Origin: Candidatus Rifleibacteriota bacterium
GTDB taxonomy: Bacteria > Muiribacteriota > Ozemobacteria > Ozemobacterales > Ozemobacteraceae
NCBI GenBank assembly: GCA_051747585.1
Contig: JBNJGH010000068.1
Location: 1 to 18,547, forward strand
Direction: 5' to 3'
DNA length: 18,547 bases
A model generated the notes under the pieces. It made no database searches, was not told the origin of the DNA, and saw only the letters and a program-made list of their open reading frames with translations. Position numbers and translations under genes: made by a program. Below are positions 13,271 to 18,547 of the stretch, one piece after another. How positions within the stretch are numbered: position 1 is the stretch's first letter; the number at the start of each line of letters is the position of its first letter.

Positions 13271-16246
13271 ATGGGTAAGAATTTTAACATTGCTTATGAC
13301 TCTGCTGCCAAAAAATGGTTGCCCACCGAAATTAGAGTAAGAATGCTTTCTCAGGCAGAAGAAGGAAGCTATGAGCCATGTGAATTTACCGATCCCGAAT
13401 TCAGCTGTGAACCGGCCGGCTGGTTAAGTTTTTCTCCCCAGGCCGAGGGCGAAATAGTTTGCGCTAGAGTCGAAGTTACCGAAGAGTTTTTACAGCTTCC
13501 GGGCGAAGATAAGTTCTTAGAGCCGGTGCAGGTAAGAGTAGAAGCTAAGCCGGAAAACGCCGATTCCGAACAACAGCCAATTACGACAGACTGTCAGGTC
13601 AGTATTGAAGAACCGGGTGTTAATATGGATTTCACCGTATCGCCCGATGAATGCTATAAAGAAGGCGAAGTCTGGCTTTCGGCAGATGCTGAGTCTGTCT
13701 GCAATCTTATTGTCTGGGTTGAAGTAGTAGATCCTGAAACCGGTGAGGTTTTCAGAGCACCGGATGAAGATTACGAGTTTAAATTTGAAACCGGTTTCGA
13801 TCCTGAAACTCTTTTATGTCTCGATGAAGAAAAAGGTATTATTCCGCCTGAAAGTCGCTGGCGCACAGCTAAATCTATGCTCGATCTTGATGAGCCTTTG
13901 CGCGATACAGTAACAGTTAAGGCTTACTCTACCAAAAAGCAGTCAGACAGGCCCGCCGGCAAACTCGAAATTCCCTGGGCACTCTTCGCTTCAGAAATCG
14001 TTTACGAAAAAGAATTTAATCCTGAATTACCGGTATTGCCCGGGCAGGAAGTCAGCATTGAATTAAAACTGAACCAGCAGGGCCTCGATGCCCCTCTGGC
14101 AGATACAGATATTCAATTCGTATGGGCAGATAGTTGCAAAGAATCGCCTCTGGGAACTCTTGGCAGCGAAAGTGCACGAACCGATTCAGAAGGAATGGTG
14201 ACTTTAAATTATATTCCCCCGGAGGAGTTGTTGTATAAATCCGGTGGCCGATATTTCGATGAAATTTTTATTCTCGCGGGTGGCGGCGAAAATCCGGTGC
14301 AGCTCAAAGAATCTGTTGTCTTGCCGGTTGCTCCGCAAATTCAACTTGTTCCTTCCCTCGCAGAAAAAAAAGGTTTATTGCTAGACCCTGAACAGGAAAT
14401 GGTGGAAATTTTACCTGAACAGGTAACCGGAGGGAAGATAACAGGCAACCTGGTTCTGCCGATTCAAATGGAGGGCGGGCCACTTAAAAGATTTGGCGTG
14501 GCTTATGCAGAACTTGAAGTAGCATTAGGAGAAGAAGCCGAGAAAGTAAAAATACAAACTCGAAAAAATGGTCTGTATCGATTAAATCTCAAAGAGATCA
14601 ATCAGGCTTTTGCGCGGGCAGAACTCGAAACGAAGCCAATCAGGCTCTCGAAAGAGCCCGAAGATAACATGCTTTTTAAAATGATCCTGGCTGAAGAAGA
14701 AGAGTCACTCATAGAACAATATGAAGATGATCTTACCGAAAATCGTCTCTCCGTTTTCAGCGAAAAATTCAAGCGTTCGTTAAACTTCTATCGTTATCAT
14801 TTCTGTTCTCAGCTTGCTCGAAAAAAAGTGGAAAAATATGAGCTGGCGGTTGCTGGTATGCAACTGTTAAGAGTTGCAGTTCGTGGCACAAACATCTACC
14901 TTGGAAGGTTTAAAGGCCATGAGGATATGGTTAAATCAAGGGTGGAAAATCTGGTTAAAACCATAATCAGTATAGGTTTTAGTGCCCTGTCTGCCAGTAC
15001 AAAGCTGCGAGAATGGGGCGGCAGCTTTGCCAGGGGAGTAGGAAATAAAGCAAAAAAACTTGTTGAGTGGCTTGTTAATTCAAGATTTGGTCGCTGGATA
15101 GCGAAAGGAGCTTCGTGGCTTGGAGACTTTGCCACTAATGTTGGAAATAAAGCAATGAAACAGATCAGACCAATGGTGCAAAGTATGCGGCAAGCAATTC
15201 TCGGACTTGTTTCCAAGCTCGGCCAGGCTGGTCAGAAGTTTTCGAACTATATCGGAAGTTTGCTTGATGAAATGGTCACTTTAATTGATGATTTGTCGAT
15301 TGCATTAATGAACAAGGTCGAAGCTTTTAACCAGATGCTGTCTAATTCAAGTGAACATTGGGATGAGCTTGTTGAATGGGTGAGCAAAAAGAAGGGTGAT
15401 CTGACTCAAGCTGCCGGAGATTTTTCCGATAAAGCTTCAGGTTGGGTAAAAAGTTTTGTTGATTCGTTTAAACAGGTAGCTAAGTCAGTGCTCGAGCTGG
15501 TTGGCACAATGTTCGAGAAGCTTGGTAACTTGCTTTGCCAGGGGTTAACCATGGCTTTAAGCTGGTGCGGCAAGATGGCAATAAAACTTCTTCAACCAAT
15601 TTATGACTGGGTTCTGGAACATTCGGATGCAGCTAAAGAGGTGGTAGAAGAAATTATAAATTCAGATCCTTCTCGCGAAGCGGCCGAAAATGCCGGCATA
15701 GAAGCTGTCATCGGCGCTTTGTTTAATGAGGTTGTAACCGCTTTCTTTAACTGGAAACCGGTTCAGGGTTCTGAAGACGCGCTTATGCAACAGGTAGGTA
15801 TGAAATTTTCAATGATGGGAAGACAGCCAAACCGGGTAGTTGGCGATGTTTATCGCAGAGCTGTGAATCAACACCTGCCAAAAGACTGGGAGGGTGAAAG
15901 AAGTGAATTTATTGAAAGCGTTGTAGAGGCTTCATCGAAATACCATGGTTATGAGCTTACTACCAACAGAATTGATGAAGTCGCCGATATAATCAATATA
16001 ATAGTTGCTGTCGGAGGCCTGGGCATAGCTCTGCTTGGTGTTGTCTTTTCCGGAGGAACGGGAATTGCAGCAGCTGCCGCCGCTGTTGCTAAAATCGAAC
16101 TTGCCTTTAATATTGCAAAGGGTGCGATGTGCGATATTCCACAGATTGCGCTTGCTGTTATTTTAATGTTTGCACTTATCATTAAATATGACCTGCTTGT
16201 GGTTGATCTCTGTTTTGGAAATTCAAGCTCCGGAGGTAGTGCCTAG
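13271..16246 (+). CDS. 991-aa unknown protein: acidic beta-rich/Ig-like N-half, long amphipathic helical region, C-terminal hydrophobic hairpin
   Basis: GAGG RBS and no signal peptide. GTLGSESARTDSEGMVTLNY resembles a Big-1/invasin-type Ig strand pattern. Trp/Phe-periodic helices, then two hydrophobic segments at the C-terminus. Confidence 0.8.
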   Translation: MGKNFNIAYDSAAKKWLPTEIRVRMLSQAEEGSYEPCEFTDPEFSCEPAGWLSFSPQAEGEIVCARVEVTEEFLQLPGEDKFLEPVQVRVEAKPENADSEQQPITTDCQVSIEEPGVNMDFTVSPDECYKEGEVWLSADAESVCNLIVWVEVVDPETGEVFRAPDEDYEFKFETGFDPETLLCLDEEKGIIPPESRWRTAKSMLDLDEPLRDTVTVKAYSTKKQSDRPAGKLEIPWALFASEIVYEKEFNPELPVLPGQEVSIELKLNQQGLDAPLADTDIQFVWADSCKESPLGTLGSESARTDSEGMVTLNYIPPEELLYKSGGRYFDEIFILAGGGENPVQLKESVVLPVAPQIQLVPSLAEKKGLLLDPEQEMVEILPEQVTGGKITGNLVLPIQMEGGPLKRFGVAYAELEVALGEEAEKVKIQTRKNGLYRLNLKEINQAFARAELETKPIRLSKEPEDNMLFKMILAEEEESLIEQYEDDLTENRLSVFSEKFKRSLNFYRYHFCSQLARKKVEKYELAVAGMQLLRVAVRGTNIYLGRFKGHEDMVKSRVENLVKTIISIGFSALSASTKLREWGGSFARGVGNKAKKLVEWLVNSRFGRWIAKGASWLGDFATNVGNKAMKQIRPMVQSMRQAILGLVSKLGQAGQKFSNYIGSLLDEMVTLIDDLSIALMNKVEAFNQMLSNSSEHWDELVEWVSKKKGDLTQAAGDFSDKASGWVKSFVDSFKQVAKSVLELVGTMFEKLGNLLCQGLTMALSWCGKMAIKLLQPIYDWVLEHSDAAKEVVEEIINSDPSREAAENAGIEAVIGALFNEVVTAFFNWKPVQGSEDALMQQVGMKFSMMGRQPNRVVGDVYRRAVNQHLPKDWEGERSEFIESVVEASSKYHGYELTTNRIDEVADIINIIVAVGGLGIALLGVVFSGGTGIAAAAAAVAKIELAFNIAKGAMCDIPQIALAVILMFALIIKYDLLVVDLCFGNSSSGGSA

Positions 16247-16248
16247 AT

Positions 16249-18525
16249 ATGAGCCAACCCCTTAATTTGATGAATTTTGCTGCAGACCTTGACGAGCTTG
16301 CCACAATGGTCGACAGCACAGCAACCTCCGCGGAACAGATGGTAGAAGACGCAACTGAAATATGTTCTGGTGTTTCTGCTCTGTCGCTATTCCCTGTAGG
16401 TGGTGAAGAAGATTTATCCATACCCTGGGAAGGCTACCTCGACGAAAATACTTTAACTGTTTATTCAGCGACTCATCAGATGGTTTTTTCGTTAGAATTC
16501 AATGCCCTGAATTCTGCTGTATTATCAGGTCCTGAGGGCATTACCTGGAAAATTTCCTGTTCGGAAAAGGGTACCCACGTTATTTGTGTTGATTTTACCG
16601 GTCAGGTTTATAGCGATGTTTTAATTGCCGAAGACGGTGAAGTAAGTGATCCAAGAGATATCACCGCCGGTATGGAAGAATTAAGACAGGAGCTCGAAGA
16701 AATGTCAGATGTGTCTGAAGATGAGCTGCCTGCCTATATGCCTGACCAGGAACCTCCAGACATAAACCTGCCCCAAATAGACGATCTGGCAGATGTTTCG
16801 ACCGGCGCGTCGAGTGGTGATTCGGGCGAAGATTCTGACATGGATGATTCTGATGATGATTTTGCAGATGATGTCGAAGATACAGAATTTGATGACTACG
16901 AACCTGACAGCCCGTCTTTTAACGATTCTTCCAGCTTAGGTGGCGGGGGAGCAGGCTTTTCCGGTAGCGCAAATTTAAAACGAGCGGCAGGTGTTTTTGC
17001 AGGTGCTGCGGCAGCGAAAGTTGCTTCAAGTTTTTTATCGGGCAAGAAAGAGCGCCAACCCGAAGAGCCAAAGAGACCTGAGCCCGAAAAAGAAAAAAAA
17101 CAAGCCGATAAACCAGAAAAAGCCGATAAAAAAGATAAACCTGCAATAATTAAAAGTGACAAAGAAAAAAGCAGCAAAATGATATTGAAATTAAGATTAA
17201 AAGATAAAAGTGAAATAGAAATAAATAAATTTCCGTGCATAATTGGTCGTAGTCCGGATGTTAATTTAACTTTAAACAGCAGGGCCGTTAGCCGAAAACA
17301 TGCTCAATTTATAGAAAAAGATAATTTAATCTGGGTCGAAGATCTGGGAAGCTCAAACGGCACTTTTTATAAAGACGAAAAGCTTCAACAACCTCTAAAA
17401 CTTGTACCTGGCTGTAAGATCAGGTTTGCCGATATAGAAGTTGAAATTTTGGGCTGCCCCCAGCCGGAGCCACCCGACCCGGGCAAAATGAAAACCGTTG
17501 CTTTGAATATGGGCGATAAAATTAAAAACGCCCAGAGTGAAAAGCAGCCAGAGAAGCCTGTTGCAAAACCGTCGCCTGAGGTAGATGAAAAGCCGGAACC
17601 AGTTAAGGAACAGGCTCAAAAGAAAGCTCCTGAGCCTGTTAAACCGGCACAGAAAAAAACCAAATGCCCGGATTGTGGTGCAGAAACCGAAAAAGACGCT
17701 AAGTTCTGCCCCGAGTGTGGCAGCCGAATTAACCAGGAGAAATTTTGTCCTTCATGCAAGGCTAAGTGCGCTAAAAATGACAAGTTTTGCCCTGAATGCG
17801 GAACCCGCGTCGATTCAACCGGAGGTTCAGGCAAAAATAACAGGCCTTCTTCAGGTAATAAGTCAGGTAAACCTGCTGCACCAGATAAGTCCGCTAAGCC
17901 GGCCAAAACACCTCCTCCGCCACCGCCAGCAAAAAGTTCGTCTGCGGCAAAGTCTTCGCCCGAAAAGCAAAAGTCTTCTTATAGTCCGCCGCCACCTGCG
18001 CCCGCTCCAAAGGCAAAGCCGGCTTCGTCTGATCCTGAATCATATCCGAAGCCCAAACCGGTAGAAAATCTTGCGGCGAGAAATTCCAGGCGTAAAGCCG
18101 AAGCAGAAGATAATGAGTACAGTCGTCGCATATCTTCAGATGATGAAAGCCAGACACTGCCTTCTGTGCGTTGGGTTTCTTTTGTTTATGGAATTTTTCT
18201 GTTGATAGATACAGCCCGGATAATTGACAATAGAGGAGAAGCGGTATTAGATGATATCGGTTTTTTGCGTAGTCTCGGTGCCGGATTATTCACCATCCTT
18301 TTTGCTTTTATTGCAGGCTCGGGCAAAGGTGTCAGTCGCAATATAACTCTGGCTTGCGCCGCTTTTTATCTTGGCAGTAAGATATACAGCGATTTTGGCT
18401 TATTTTCTGCTCTTGCCCAAAACCCGGCAATGATAGGGAAAAATACTGAGTTGATTATTCCGGTTCTGGCCGTTCTGGGCGCCGCCTGGCTGGTAAAAAG
18501 AGCCGCCAATAAAACCGGTGGTTGA
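16249..18525 (+). CDS. FHA domain plus double zinc ribbon membrane protein
   Basis: GGAGG RBS. Acidic N-terminal region, FHA at ~17179-17469, four CPxC pairs (CPDC, CPEC, CPSC, CPEC; ~17665-17814), Pro/Lys-rich linkers and about 4 C-terminal TM segments. Confidence 0.88.
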   Translation: MSQPLNLMNFAADLDELATMVDSTATSAEQMVEDATEICSGVSALSLFPVGGEEDLSIPWEGYLDENTLTVYSATHQMVFSLEFNALNSAVLSGPEGITWKISCSEKGTHVICVDFTGQVYSDVLIAEDGEVSDPRDITAGMEELRQELEEMSDVSEDELPAYMPDQEPPDINLPQIDDLADVSTGASSGDSGEDSDMDDSDDDFADDVEDTEFDDYEPDSPSFNDSSSLGGGGAGFSGSANLKRAAGVFAGAAAAKVASSFLSGKKERQPEEPKRPEPEKEKKQADKPEKADKKDKPAIIKSDKEKSSKMILKLRLKDKSEIEINKFPCIIGRSPDVNLTLNSRAVSRKHAQFIEKDNLIWVEDLGSSNGTFYKDEKLQQPLKLVPGCKIRFADIEVEILGCPQPEPPDPGKMKTVALNMGDKIKNAQSEKQPEKPVAKPSPEVDEKPEPVKEQAQKKAPEPVKPAQKKTKCPDCGAETEKDAKFCPECGSRINQEKFCPSCKAKCAKNDKFCPECGTRVDSTGGSGKNNRPSSGNKSGKPAAPDKSAKPAKTPPPPPPAKSSSAAKSSPEKQKSSYSPPPPAPAPKAKPASSDPESYPKPKPVENLAARNSRRKAEAEDNEYSRRISSDDESQTLPSVRWVSFVYGIFLLIDTARIIDNRGEAVLDDIGFLRSLGAGLFTILFAFIAGSGKGVSRNITLACAAFYLGSKIYSDFGLFSALAQNPAMIGKNTELIIPVLAVLGAAWLVKRAANKTGG

Positions 18526-18547
18526 GCGTTTATTTGGTGGTTGAGCG
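18517..18547 (+). repeat. Start of another GGTGGTTGAGCG REP-like cluster (truncated by the window end)
   Basis: GGTGGTTGAGCG occurs twice (18517-18528, 18536-18547). 18531-18547 is identical to 4823-4839. Confidence 0.8.

Noticed and set aside
17585..18064. 159-aa alternative-frame ORF on the plus strand
   Set aside because: It is an Arg/Leu-rich by-product of the Pro/Lys/Ala-rich linker codons of the main gene, with no RBS or domain.
11542..18525. Canonical T6SS, T7SS, contractile injection system or prophage tail locus
   Set aside because: No recognisable TssB/C, VgrG, Hcp, PAAR, FtsK/EssC ATPase, WXG100, sheath or baseplate gene is in the window.

Overview
Bacterial chromosomal window with no rRNA, tRNA, CRISPR array, transposase or integrase. 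Gene content from left to right: the 5' end of a secreted-protein gene (minus strand), a membrane-anchored sulfatase/alkaline-phosphatase-superfamily protein, an unknown membrane protein, an AT-rich two-gene unit (UPF0158-like plus a hypothetical) between ~190-bp direct repeats, a 45-aa ORF missing from the ORF track that has a sigma-54-type promoter and a strong RBS, a globin-like/CarH-type B12-binding protein coupled to a PP2C/SpoIIE phosphatase, and a nucleoside phosphorylase-GT4-FHA-beta-propeller run. The window ends with an uncharacterised operon (11542-18525): a Trp-rich/membrane/Ig-like gene split at an A9 tract, a 991-aa protein with an amphipathic region and hydrophobic C-terminal hairpin, and an FHA-double-zinc-ribbon membrane protein. 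The intergenic DNA is unusually structured. Several REP-like palindrome families are nested inside one another. A ~215-bp multi-hairpin element occurs twice in inverted orientation (263-481, 11238-11449); its long central palindrome has different arm sequences in the two copies but stays almost perfectly self-complementary. All family calls come from motif recognition by eye; no database searches were run.
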